Source: Gallionella sp. (GTDB lineage Bacteria; Pseudomonadota; Gammaproteobacteria; Burkholderiales; Gallionellaceae). From it: 45,572 nucleotides of DNA. Positions 36,225 through 43,911 of the stretch are shown piece by piece. The position numbers and the translations under genes were made by a program. Location of the stretch: assembly GCA_024654105.1 (NCBI GenBank), contig JANLID010000046.1:1-45572 (forward strand), in the 5' to 3' direction. Numbering within the stretch: the first letter of the stretch is position 1; each line of letters begins with the position of its first letter. A model generated the notes under the pieces. It made no database searches. It was given only the letters and a program-made list of their open reading frames with translations, and was not told the origin of the DNA.

Positions 36225-36436
36225 GCAAGTACATAGCGATCTACGAGCAGCTTTTCCCAACCGATCCGATAAGCAAGAGCGATCCGCGCCGTCCGGAAAT
36301 CATCGCGGAAATGAAGGCGATACATCGGGCGAAAACGGACAAAGAGGCGGCTGCTGTGATCGACTGGTGGCCGTGGGATTCGCCTGGGGACTGCATGCGC
36401 TGCGTGAAGCGGGCGCGAAGGATGATGGCAAAATGA
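36221..36436 (+). CDS. Hypothetical protein
   Basis: ATGA-coupled chain. Confidence 0.5.
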   Translation: MSKYIAIYEQLFPTDPISKSDPRRPEIIAEMKAIHRAKTDKEAAAVIDWWPWDSPGDCMRCVKRARRMMAK

Positions 36437-36651
36437 CTTTGCCCAATGGTCACTATCGTACCGCCGCAGGATCCGAAATGTGGATCAGCGGTACGCACGC
36501 AGGAAAAAGCGTAGTTGAATTCGATTGGATTGAGGAAGACAACGCTTGCCTTGACTGCGTGCCAGAGGCTTACGATTCTGATGGCTGGCTGGTATGGCAT
36601 TGCGATTACTGCGGCGGTGGCCGGGCTGAATTGGTAAGGGTCGGGAAATGA
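36433..36651 (+). CDS. Hypothetical Zn-ribbon protein
   Basis: CLDC...WHCDYCGGG. Confidence 0.55.
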   Translation: MTLPNGHYRTAAGSEMWISGTHAGKSVVEFDWIEEDNACLDCVPEAYDSDGWLVWHCDYCGGGRAELVRVGK

Positions 36652-37154
36652 GCGCCATGCTCCGCCTAAGTCCTGAGCAGTTAAAGGCCCACATGGACCG
36701 GATGGCTCAGTCCCTGCCTGTGCGAAAAATCACCAAACTGGACGCCCACAAGCCGGTAATCGGGGGCGATGCGGCGGTCAAGGAAAATAAGGCTTGGGTA
36801 AAGCCGAAAGCGCGCAGCAAGGGCGAGGAAGGGCTGGAATTGGCGCTCAGGGCTGCTAAAGCACCGGCTTGGGTATCTGAGTACCGCTTTATGCCCGAAC
36901 GGCGCTACAGGGCCGATTTCGCCTTCCTAGAGGCGCGTTTGCTGGTCGAGGTCGAGGGTGGGCAATGGGTAGCCGGTGGCGGGCGACATAATCGTGGAGA
37001 CGGATACAGCAAAGATATTGAAAAGTACAACGAAATGACGATCCAAGGCTGGAGGTTACTGCGGGTAACTACCGGCATGGTCGAGGATGGCCGGGCGCTG
37101 GGGTACATCATGCGGGCATTGAATGTGAGCGAACGTAAAAGGCGATTGGCATGA
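36648..37154 (+). CDS. PD-(D/E)XK endonuclease (DUF559/Vsr-like; possible resolvase)
   Basis: EYRF...RYRADFA...VEVEGG...GRH. Confidence 0.8.
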   Translation: MSAMLRLSPEQLKAHMDRMAQSLPVRKITKLDAHKPVIGGDAAVKENKAWVKPKARSKGEEGLELALRAAKAPAWVSEYRFMPERRYRADFAFLEARLLVEVEGGQWVAGGGRHNRGDGYSKDIEKYNEMTIQGWRLLRVTTGMVEDGRALGYIMRALNVSERKRRLA

Positions 37155-37180
37155 GGCCGCTTGCCGTAGATTTGTATTGT
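37151..37180 (+). pseudogene. Stranded N-terminus of the ancestral C5 methylase
   Basis: MRPLAVDLYC matches KPLAIDLFC of the downstream methylase; ATGA-coupled to the upstream gene. Confidence 0.65.
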
Positions 37181-37205
37181 AATGCGCGACGGATGGATGT
37201 AAAAT
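37177..37205 (+). promoter_or_regulatory. Promoter of the HNH gene, probably leaderless
   Basis: TTGTAA-17 bp-TAAAAT, with ATG 6 nt downstream. Confidence 0.6.
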
Positions 37206-37211
37206 ACATGC

Positions 37212-37778
37212 ATGGCAACGAATCAAGACAAAGCTCGATGGGCGCGCGAATGGAGAAGGCGAAAAAAGCTAGGACTTCCACAGCCTGGCCGTGGGGACGG
37301 ATTGAGAAAACATGGTTTAACCAAATCACCTGAGCATCGATCGTGGCTATCCATGATGACCCGCTGTGTTTGGAGTGGTCCGGAAAGACCGGATTGGCAT
37401 CTATATCAAGGCAAAGGAGTGAAGGTATGCGAGCGATGGAAAGATTTCTCCAAGTTCTTGTTGGATATGGGGCCAAAGCCGACAAGGAAACACACCATAG
37501 ACAGATTTCCGAACGGTGATGGGAATTATGAACCCGGAAACTGTCGATGGGCTACTCCTAAAGAGCAAGCACGAAATTGGAAATATCGAAATCGAAGAAT
37601 TGAATTTGCCGGCGAAAATCTTTTGTTGCAGGAATGGGCAGAAAGACTCGGATTATCTCGCTCGTCTCTTAGGGATCGAATCTCTTGCGGATGGAGTATT
37701 GAAAAAGCCCTTACGACTCCTCCAGTCAGAATCAGGAACAGAGACAGGAGAGGACATTTCCAAACCTTTGGCGATTGA
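37212..37778 (+). CDS. HNH homing endonuclease
   Basis: KHG...SW.SM..RC, VCERW.DF..F..DMG, TIDR...GNYEPGNCRWAT..EQ.RN. Confidence 0.9.
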   Translation: MATNQDKARWAREWRRRKKLGLPQPGRGDGLRKHGLTKSPEHRSWLSMMTRCVWSGPERPDWHLYQGKGVKVCERWKDFSKFLLDMGPKPTRKHTIDRFPNGDGNYEPGNCRWATPKEQARNWKYRNRRIEFAGENLLLQEWAERLGLSRSSLRDRISCGWSIEKALTTPPVRIRNRDRRGHFQTFGD

Positions 37779-38439
37779 TCTTTTTTGTGGCGGCTTTGGT
37801 TGGACCCAAGGTTTCGTACAGGAAGGATGGCGTTGTGTGGGATTCGATTTAGAGCACGAACCGTGGCACGGAAACGTGCCGGCCGATTCGTGCAAAGTGT
37901 TGGCCGACGTTTTTGATTTGCATGGGTCAATGTTTTGTAATGCCGATTGCATAGTTTGCTCGCCGCCCTGCCAGGAGTTCAGCTACATGGCTATGCCGTG
38001 GTCGATAGCCAAACTGAAAGAGTTTCACCTACTCGCAGGATGGGATGATCCGAAGCGACTGACTGCACTGTTCGACGCCTGTTTCCGCATTCAGCGCGAG
38101 GCAATCGAAGCGGCCGGACACTTCATTCCGCTGGTAGTCGAGAACGTGCGCGGGGCGCAGAAGTGGGTAGGACGGTCGCGCTGGAACTGCGGCTCTATGC
38201 ATTTTTGGGGAGATGTTCCAGCCTTGATGCCAACAAAGAGGTACGTCAAAGAGCCTGTTGATCCACGAAACAGAAAAACAACAGGCGGATGGTTCTACGA
38301 TAACTATGAGACATCGCACCGCCGATGGTCTAGCGGGAGCGCGGAAAGAAAGCAATGGTCCGCAGAAATCGCAAAAGTACCGATTGAACTTTCAACCTGG
38401 ATAGCGCGATGTTTCAAGCCTACCTCATTACCTGCCTGA
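37756..38439 (+). CDS. DNA cytosine-5 methyltransferase-like protein
   Basis: DLFCGGFG (motif I), SPPCQEFS (IV), VENV (VI). Start uncertain: ATT 37756 after AGGAG, or TTG 37768. Confidence 0.8.
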   Translation: MSKPLAIDLFCGGFGWTQGFVQEGWRCVGFDLEHEPWHGNVPADSCKVLADVFDLHGSMFCNADCIVCSPPCQEFSYMAMPWSIAKLKEFHLLAGWDDPKRLTALFDACFRIQREAIEAAGHFIPLVVENVRGAQKWVGRSRWNCGSMHFWGDVPALMPTKRYVKEPVDPRNRKTTGGWFYDNYETSHRRWSSGSAERKQWSAEIAKVPIELSTWIARCFKPTSLPA

Positions 38440-39059
38440 CCTCAGGACGGCAGTATGTTGGCGTAACCGGACGCCCATTCGCCAAACGATGGAACGAGCA
38501 CGTCTACGATTCCACGCGGCGTAAGACTGCGCTTGCGCGAGCGATAGCGAAGCATGGGCGCAGCAACTTCACGATAGAGGCGCTTTGCTCGTTCGGAACA
38601 TGGGCCGACGCTTGCGCCGCCGAGGACGGTCTGATTCAACAACACGGAACGATGGCGCCAAACGGCTACAACGTGATGCCAAGCGGAAAGGGCCGCGGGG
38701 TTGGGTTCGTGCCATCTGCTGAATCTGTTGAGCGCAGCGCCGCCAAGCATCGCGGTTTGCCATGCCATGAGAACACACGCGCCGCTGCGGTGGCAACGCA
38801 CCTTGGAAAGCCAAAGAGCGCGGAGCATTGCAAGCGAATAGCTGCCGCACGAACTGGAACGACACGCACCGAAGCAACGAAAGAGAAAATACGCGCTGCA
38901 TGGGCAAAGCGCCGAGCCAACGGGGAATTCAAGACCGCTGAACCATACGCGCACGCCAGCAAAGCCCGCAAAGCCGCCTCAGCCGCTATTGCGAAAATTC
39001 CAGCGCCTTTGGCCAGGTATATTGCGCAAATCTATTATCCGAGGGAAATGGCGGCGTGA
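38409..39059 (+). CDS. GIY-YIG homing endonuclease with NUMOD3-like repeats
   Basis: AYLITC...QYVGVT...RW.EH, PNGYN, KSAEHCKRI and TEATKEKI repeats. Confidence 0.85.
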   Translation: MFQAYLITCLTSGRQYVGVTGRPFAKRWNEHVYDSTRRKTALARAIAKHGRSNFTIEALCSFGTWADACAAEDGLIQQHGTMAPNGYNVMPSGKGRGVGFVPSAESVERSAAKHRGLPCHENTRAAAVATHLGKPKSAEHCKRIAAARTGTTRTEATKEKIRAAWAKRRANGEFKTAEPYAHASKARKAASAAIAKIPAPLARYIAQIYYPREMAA

Positions 39060-39559
39060 TGGATAGGCCAGCCTTCAAAACCCGCACCATCCGCCTTATC
39101 GGCCAGTCTCAACGCGACATAGCCCTAGCCGCCGTGACCAATGCGCCGCTTGATCCTGATAAGCCGATCGAGGTAGTTATTCGGGAGGAGCGAAAGACTC
39201 GCAAGCTAGACCAAAATGCTGCTTATCACGCTGGCCCGCTGCGTGATATTGCCGAGCAAGCCTGGATCGACGGCAAGCAATACAGCGCGGAAGTCTGGCA
39301 CGAATACTTCAAGCGCGAATACCTGCCGGAAGATGGGAAATATGGCGACCTCGATATTGAATTGCTGGCGAAAGAAGGTTACCGCAAATGGGCGAGCGAT
39401 CCGGCTGGCGAGCGCGTTTTGATTGGCAGCACCACGCAGCTTACGGTGCGCGGCATGGCGCAATACATGCAGCAGGTCGAGGCGCACGGCGCGAGCCTGG
39501 GGGTCCAATTCCACGAAGCGCCTATCAGGTGGGAGTCCGAATCAGCGAGGCACGCATGA
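39056..39559 (+). CDS. NinB-like recombination protein
   Basis: RKLDQNA, WHEYFKREYL, STTQLTV..M..YM..VEA.GA..GVQF. Confidence 0.8.
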   Translation: MMDRPAFKTRTIRLIGQSQRDIALAAVTNAPLDPDKPIEVVIREERKTRKLDQNAAYHAGPLRDIAEQAWIDGKQYSAEVWHEYFKREYLPEDGKYGDLDIELLAKEGYRKWASDPAGERVLIGSTTQLTVRGMAQYMQQVEAHGASLGVQFHEAPIRWESESARHA

Positions 39560-39789
39560 GCGACGTTTTAGCATTTAGAGTTGAAATAGATTCCATGTCA
39601 TGCATTGTCGTAGCGGAAACTCCAGCGAAGGCGCGATGGCTGGCAGTTAAGGGATATTGGGAAGCAGGCTATGGTAGAAAAGGACTGTGGCCTAGACCGG
39701 TCGCAAGACGCGCTCCACATTACGATAATCATCCGGCATTGCTGCGTGATCCACAAAGAGCGCATAGCGAGGGATGGCTAATCGCATGA
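39556..39789 (+). CDS. Hypothetical protein
   Basis: VVAETPAKAR motif; coupled. Confidence 0.55.
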   Translation: MSDVLAFRVEIDSMSCIVVAETPAKARWLAVKGYWEAGYGRKGLWPRPVARRAPHYDNHPALLRDPQRAHSEGWLIA

Positions 39790-39823
39790 GCCTGCAATCC
39801 CCCACCAAGGAAGAAAGCGCGCC

Positions 39824-40141
39824 ATGACGCACCGCAATCGCCAGCTTCTAGACTGCGCCCATGACGCGCCCTGCATGCTCAATCTCGCGCAAACCTGCGG
39901 CAATTATCCATCCGTTCCCTGCCATAGCGACCTGCAAAAGCACGGCCGCGGGATCGGGCACAAGAGCCATGATTGCCTGAGCGTCCCTGGGTGCCCGGAT
40001 TGTCACGCTCTTTTCACTCGTGCGCACCTTGGCCGCGAGGGATATTACGAGGTATGGCGGAACGCTTTCGAGCAGTATCAGATATGGCTTTGGGAGTCTG
40101 GCCGGATTCGGGTAACTGAGAAAAGGAGGATAGCGGCATGA
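39824..40141 (+). CDS. DUF1364-like zinc-finger nuclease-domain protein
   Basis: PCM...CHS...HGRGIGHKSHD...GCPDCH. Confidence 0.7.
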   Translation: MTHRNRQLLDCAHDAPCMLNLAQTCGNYPSVPCHSDLQKHGRGIGHKSHDCLSVPGCPDCHALFTRAHLGREGYYEVWRNAFEQYQIWLWESGRIRVTEKRRIAA

Positions 40142-40341
40142 GAAACCACGGCAAAGGGCGCGCCATTTCAATCAACGAGCCGAACCAGGGCGGCATAAGC
40201 GAGGTATGGAAGCAGGAGCTAGGCAAGGTCGCGCCTCCGGTGTACGTGTTCAAGCCGCTGGCGCAATGGCCTGCTGTGCCGCACCCAACGAGGCAGGCAG
40301 ACCTTGACCAATTCCGAAATATGCCGAGCAGGGCGGTATGA
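40138..40341 (+). CDS. Hypothetical protein
   Basis: ATGA-coupled. Confidence 0.45.
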   Translation: MRNHGKGRAISINEPNQGGISEVWKQELGKVAPPVYVFKPLAQWPAVPHPTRQADLDQFRNMPSRAV

Positions 40342-40493
40342 GCATGAAAACGAAAACCAAGCGAGCGAACGGAATCAAGCCGATGAAGGTCGCCCGTGGC
40401 ACGGCCAGACGGGAGCGCCGGCAGAACATGGCCGCGTTTTATGCCGAGCGGGAGAAACGGAATCGGCCGCAACCGGAAGGCCGCGCTTCATGA
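40338..40493 (+). CDS. 51-aa arginine-rich peptide
   Basis: ATGA overlaps at both ends; ARGTARRERRQ. Confidence 0.5.
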   Translation: MSMKTKTKRANGIKPMKVARGTARRERRQNMAAFYAEREKRNRPQPEGRAS

Positions 40494-40942
40494 ACGAGGC
40501 CGCAATACATTCCATGCTTGAGAATTGGGCACGCTGGGCGCGCGGCCGAGCCGTACAGGGCCATTGCGCCAGTATCGAGTACCGCTACCGATCCAAGCTG
40601 CGCCCGGACATGACGCCTACAGGTTGGGGAGACTGGATACCGGTCGTACCGTTGCCTATCCTGCCGCCGATAGACGCCCTGCAGGCGCTCGAGGTTGAGC
40701 GCTGCATGCGCCACCTGCCCGACGGCCATAGGATGGCGCTACGGCTCGTCTACGTGGACCGGATGCCGCGCAAAATGGCATGCCTGTATCTGGTGATCGC
40801 GTTTCGGGATTATGAGCGTTACCTGGGGGATGCTAGGTGCATGATAGCCAACCTATTGCAGCGCGCCAAGGAAAAGCGCATTATTCCTCGTCAGTCGGCG
40901 GCAGCCGCGCAAGCCGGAGGTGCTCAACCACCCGAGGGCTGA
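40490..40942 (+). CDS. Late antiterminator Q-like protein
   Basis: LENWARWAR N-terminus, DA..VE..M..L...ALRLVY; upstream of a pR'-like promoter. Confidence 0.7.
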   Translation: MNEAAIHSMLENWARWARGRAVQGHCASIEYRYRSKLRPDMTPTGWGDWIPVVPLPILPPIDALQALEVERCMRHLPDGHRMALRLVYVDRMPRKMACLYLVIAFRDYERYLGDARCMIANLLQRAKEKRIIPRQSAAAAQAGGAQPPEG

Positions 40943-40975
40943 CAAACCCTTCAAGCGTCGTTGAGGACGATCAAC

Positions 40976-41620
40976 ATGAAAACCTGCCGGAAATGTGGAA
41001 GTACCGCGTTCTACGACAACGGAGGATGTAAGCCTTGCACCCGCGCTTCGAGCATAAAATGGCGTGAAAAAAATCAGGAAAGAGTGCGCGCGTACAGGGC
41101 AAATAATCGTGAACAGATAACGATACAGGTAGCAGAATATAGGGAAAAAAATAAGGAAAAGATAGCGGAACAAAGAAGAAAATATGCAATTGAAAATCGC
41201 AACAAAATTATACTGAAAGACGCTAAATATCGGGCCGCTAATGCAGGCAAGAGAAAAGCGCAGGCGATAGTGTATCGAAAAAATCATACTGAAAAGCATA
41301 GGGCGAGTTCGGCTGCTTGGGCCGCGAGGAATAAAGAAGCGGTCAGAATAATCCACCAAAATAGACGGTATCGAAAAAAAGAGAACGGCGGAACCTTGTC
41401 GCGTGGGTTGATTGGGAAACTGATTAAACTACAAAATGGAAAATGCCTTTGTTGTGGCGTTGCTCTTGGAGCAGATTTTCACCTTGACCACGTGATGCCG
41501 CTTGCGCGAGGCGGCGCACACAACGACAAGAACATGCAATTACTTTGCCCAACATGCAACCTAAACAAACATGCAAAGCACCCCGTAGATTTCATGCAAG
41601 AGCGCGGGTTCCTGCTGTGA
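40976..41620 (+). CDS. HNH homing endonuclease
   Basis: CLCCG...HLDHVMPLARGGAHNDKNMQLLCPTCN. Confidence 0.92.
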   Translation: MKTCRKCGSTAFYDNGGCKPCTRASSIKWREKNQERVRAYRANNREQITIQVAEYREKNKEKIAEQRRKYAIENRNKIILKDAKYRAANAGKRKAQAIVYRKNHTEKHRASSAAWAARNKEAVRIIHQNRRYRKKENGGTLSRGLIGKLIKLQNGKCLCCGVALGADFHLDHVMPLARGGAHNDKNMQLLCPTCNLNKHAKHPVDFMQERGFLL

Positions 41621-41632
41621 ATCGTTGATCTT

Positions 41633-41673
41633 TTGACAATTCAGCGCGTTGCGTGTATATGTCTCCCTACAAT
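41633..41673 (+). promoter_or_regulatory. Late promoter pR' with a -10-like pause element
   Basis: TTGACA-17 bp-TATATG, then TACAAT at about +1, the arrangement seen at Q-dependent promoters. Confidence 0.65.
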
Positions 41674-41733
41674 TTGCCAAACCAGCTATTCTCGCGCCGC
41701 CCCGGCGCGTGATGAATTGGAGAGAAAGAACAC

Positions 41734-41768
41734 AGGCCCGACCCGCAAGGTGCTGGGCCTTTTAGTTT
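41734..41768 (+). terminator. tR'-like terminator
   Basis: AGGCCC...GGGCCT followed by TTTAGTTT. Confidence 0.6.
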
Positions 41769-41772
41769 CAGA

Positions 41773-41809
41773 CGCGGGATAGTAGAACGGTCCTACGGTG
41801 GGCTCATAA
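41773..41809 (+). pseudogene. 5' half of a split tRNA-Met(CAT), initiator-like
   Basis: CGCGGGA-TA-GTAG/CTAC D-stem-G-GTGGG-CTCATAA. Confidence 0.75.
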
Positions 41810-41820
41810 GGAGGTACTGA

Positions 41821-42234
41821 ATGCCATCCAGCAAAGCTAAACGCTCGGCGTACTTTCGTGAGATATGGTATCCGCGAAACAGAGCCAAGCAGATGGCTAG
41901 GGTAGATCGGAACAAAAAAAACATGCTTGCTGTGGTTCGTGAAATAAAAATGACGCGAGGTTGTTCTGATTGCGGTTACAAAGGTCACCCATCCGCGCTA
42001 GATTTTGACCACAGGGACGGAACAACGAAAAGTTTCAACATTGGCGAGCACAGAAGCACAGGGTTAGATAAGATCATGATGGAAATAGAGAAGTGTGATG
42101 TTGTGTGCGCCAATTGCCACAGGATACGCACCTTTCAAAGATTGGAACAGAAGCGACTTGGAGCAGCGGCAGCTCGGCAGCCTCATAAGCTGAAGGTCCC
42201 AGGTTCGAGTCCTGGAGTCGCAACCATACAATAG
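41821..42234 (+). CDS. HNH endonuclease; its C-terminus is encoded by the overlapping tRNA
   Basis: CSDCG...LDFDH...EIEKCDVVCANCHRIRT; TAAGGAGG RBS. Confidence 0.88.
   Translation: MPSSKAKRSAYFREIWYPRNRAKQMARVDRNKKNMLAVVREIKMTRGCSDCGYKGHPSALDFDHRDGTTKSFNIGEHRSTGLDKIMMEIEKCDVVCANCHRIRTFQRLEQKRLGAAAARQPHKLKVPGSSPGVATIQ
42152..42226 (+). tRNA. tRNA-Met (CAT), complete, with encoded CCA
   Basis: Acceptor GCGACT/AGTCGC with 1:72 mismatch, D-stem GAGC/GCTC, anticodon stem CAGC/GCTG around CTCATAA, T-arm CCAGG-TTCGAGT-CCTGG, ACCA. Confidence 0.9.
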
Positions 42235-42266
42235 GCAGACTCGGTTCAATTCCGAACCCGCAACCA
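42233..42266 (+). pseudogene. 3' half of the split tRNA
   Basis: TCGG-TTCAATT-CCGA T-arm, then CCCGCA-ACCA; CCCGC pairs with GCGGG at 41774. Confidence 0.7.
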
Positions 42267-42508
42267 CCACCCTCCCTCGCATGCGGTGCAGGTTTCCTCC
42301 TCCCTGAGCCTGCGCGATGGAGTTTAGCCGCGTAGCCTTCTGGTTGACCGCGGCGTTTTTATTCGGACGGCTCTCTCACCCATCAAGTGCTATCGAGGGC
42401 CTGCGCCAATCGCCTGATCCCCGTACCGGATCACCCTATTCGGCTGCCTGCAGATACCCGTCCGGTCCTAGTCCGGCGACAGCGGCGGGCGCAGCGTGGC
42501 GGCCGGAC

Positions 42509-42703
42509 CTATTTTTTGCGCCAGTTCGGATTGCCGGCTGGCCGGCCTGGCGTGATCGAATAGCCCATCGGGAGCAGCCATACGCCGCCCCGTAGCTGCG
42601 CGCCGGGTATCCGGCCCTGCCAGCACAGGGCGCGCAGGCGGCGGGCTCCTAGGCCGGGTTTAGCGGCCTGGGCGATGGTGATGATGTTCACTGCCGGCAC
42701 CAA
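42509..42703 (-). CDS. Excisionase/MerR-like HTH DNA-binding protein
   Basis: ITIAQAAK...RRLRALCWQGRIPGA...VWLLP. Confidence 0.7.
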   Translation of the reverse strand: MVPAVNIITIAQAAKPGLGARRLRALCWQGRIPGAQLRGGVWLLPMGYSITPGRPAGNPNWRKK

Positions 42704-42930
42704 TTTACTGCCGCAACAATTCGCTCAGCATTGGCGATTTGAAATGCGCTGAATTGTTCGCTCTTTTTGATCGTGGCGATATTGCAGACAAAACGGTTGT
42801 CGGCATCAAACACGCACAAATCCTGGACGTGTTTGTTGAGAGGGCCCTGGTCGACAATTGCGTAGCGCCATGGTTCTGCGCCCCAATCGTGGGTATCGGT
42901 TATTACAGATTTTGGCATTTTGTGCCCCAT
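42688..42930 (-). CDS. Hypothetical protein
   Basis: EPW...ANAERIVAAVN phage motif. Confidence 0.6.
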   Translation of the reverse strand: MGHKMPKSVITDTHDWGAEPWRYAIVDQGPLNKHVQDLCVFDADNRFVCNIATIKKSEQFSAFQIANAERIVAAVNWCRQ

Positions 42931-43118
42931 TTGTTGGTGATGTAGGCCAGATCAGGTATCCGGACAGCCTCATCCGCGAGCCTGGCCAGCCGGTGGCCGT
43001 GATACACACGGCGCCAATCCCCCTCGGGCAGGCCAAGGAAAGCCGACCATAGATCATCGTTTCCCGTGGCCTGCAGGTTGAGGCGGACTGCCTCGGCAAA
43101 TTTGGCTGAGAGTGGCAT
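42903..43118 (-). CDS. Hypothetical protein
   Basis: AGGAG RBS. Confidence 0.55.
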   Translation of the reverse strand: MPLSAKFAEAVRLNLQATGNDDLWSAFLGLPEGDWRRVYHGHRLARLADEAVRIPDLAYITNKWGTKCQNL

Positions 43119-43126
43119 TTTTGCTC

Positions 43127-43339
43127 CTATTGCTGCGCTTTGGTGATCGCCGCGCGCTGGTTTGCAAGCGGGCCTATATCATCATAGGCGACTCGTACTG
43201 TTTCCCCGTTTCGGAAATCAACGTACTCGTGTATGCGGATTTTGTGGCTCTGTTTTTGGCTGCGTTCTTCGTGCTCCATGTCGAGCCTGCGCCTGAGAAC
43301 CATGCTGCCACGGTTGTATGCTGCTATGCCCATTTTCAT
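43127..43339 (-). CDS. Hypothetical protein
   Basis: AAGGAG RBS. Confidence 0.55.
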   Translation of the reverse strand: MKMGIAAYNRGSMVLRRRLDMEHEERSQKQSHKIRIHEYVDFRNGETVRVAYDDIGPLANQRAAITKAQQ

Positions 43340-43401
43340 TCTCCTTTAGGCTGTTCGGCGGTTGGTAGCCCACCACGAGGATGGGCTAGGGCGGGAATCG
43401 A

Positions 43402-43635
43402 CTAGGCGTACTGCAGATCCCACCACGGGCCGCGCCACATGTGTTGCGCATCCTCTATTGCATGATCCCTTGTTGGGTAGCGCGGCCCGCAGTCTTCGCC
43501 GCTGCCGGTAAAGATGGCGTACTGCGCCTTGCCATCGATCATCACGCGGCGAGTGTAAAGGTGCACGCGGCGAGTGATGCGCTCATCATTGTTGCGGATT
43601 GTTGCGAAGGCTTTACGGTTCGGATGATTCGTCAT
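43402..43635 (-). CDS. Hypothetical protein with MTNHPNR N-terminus
   Basis: AGGAG RBS; MTNHPNR start. Confidence 0.65.
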   Translation of the reverse strand: MTNHPNRKAFATIRNNDERITRRVHLYTRRVMIDGKAQYAIFTGSGEDCGPRYPTRDHAIEDAQHMWRGPWWDLQYA

Positions 43636-43707
43636 TTTCAACTCCTGCAGACTACCGGCCTGCTATCGGTTGCCCCAGATATCCCGAGGCGCGGTGTGTA
43701 TGATGTA

Positions 43708-43735
43708 ACTATACCGCAATCGGAACGGAATGCAA
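43708..43735 (-). promoter_or_regulatory. Promoter of the counter-oriented cassette
   Basis: TTGCAT-16 bp-TATAGT on the minus strand, AT-rich upstream. Confidence 0.55.
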
Positions 43736-43911
43736 TTAGATTGTATTAATTCAAGGATAAGCGGAGTTAATAGCCGAATGCAGGACGACGGCCAAATCCC
43801 TGCTGGTGCCGACGCAATCCGGTTCGCCTCCCGCTCCAACGGGATCGAAAGCCAGCCGGATACTCCTTCCCTCCCTGGGCGCGGGCGGTTCCGATTCAAG
43901 TGAGGTGAGTA

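Noticed and set aside
37516-37755. N-terminal extension of the methylase in the ORF track
   Set aside because: Overlaps the HNH in another frame; methylase homology begins at KPLAIDLFC.
41810-42232. Group I intron in the tRNA anticodon loop
   Set aside because: The insert is almost entirely ORF plus a full tRNA, leaving no room for a catalytic core, and the 3' exon is degenerate. Not excluded experimentally.
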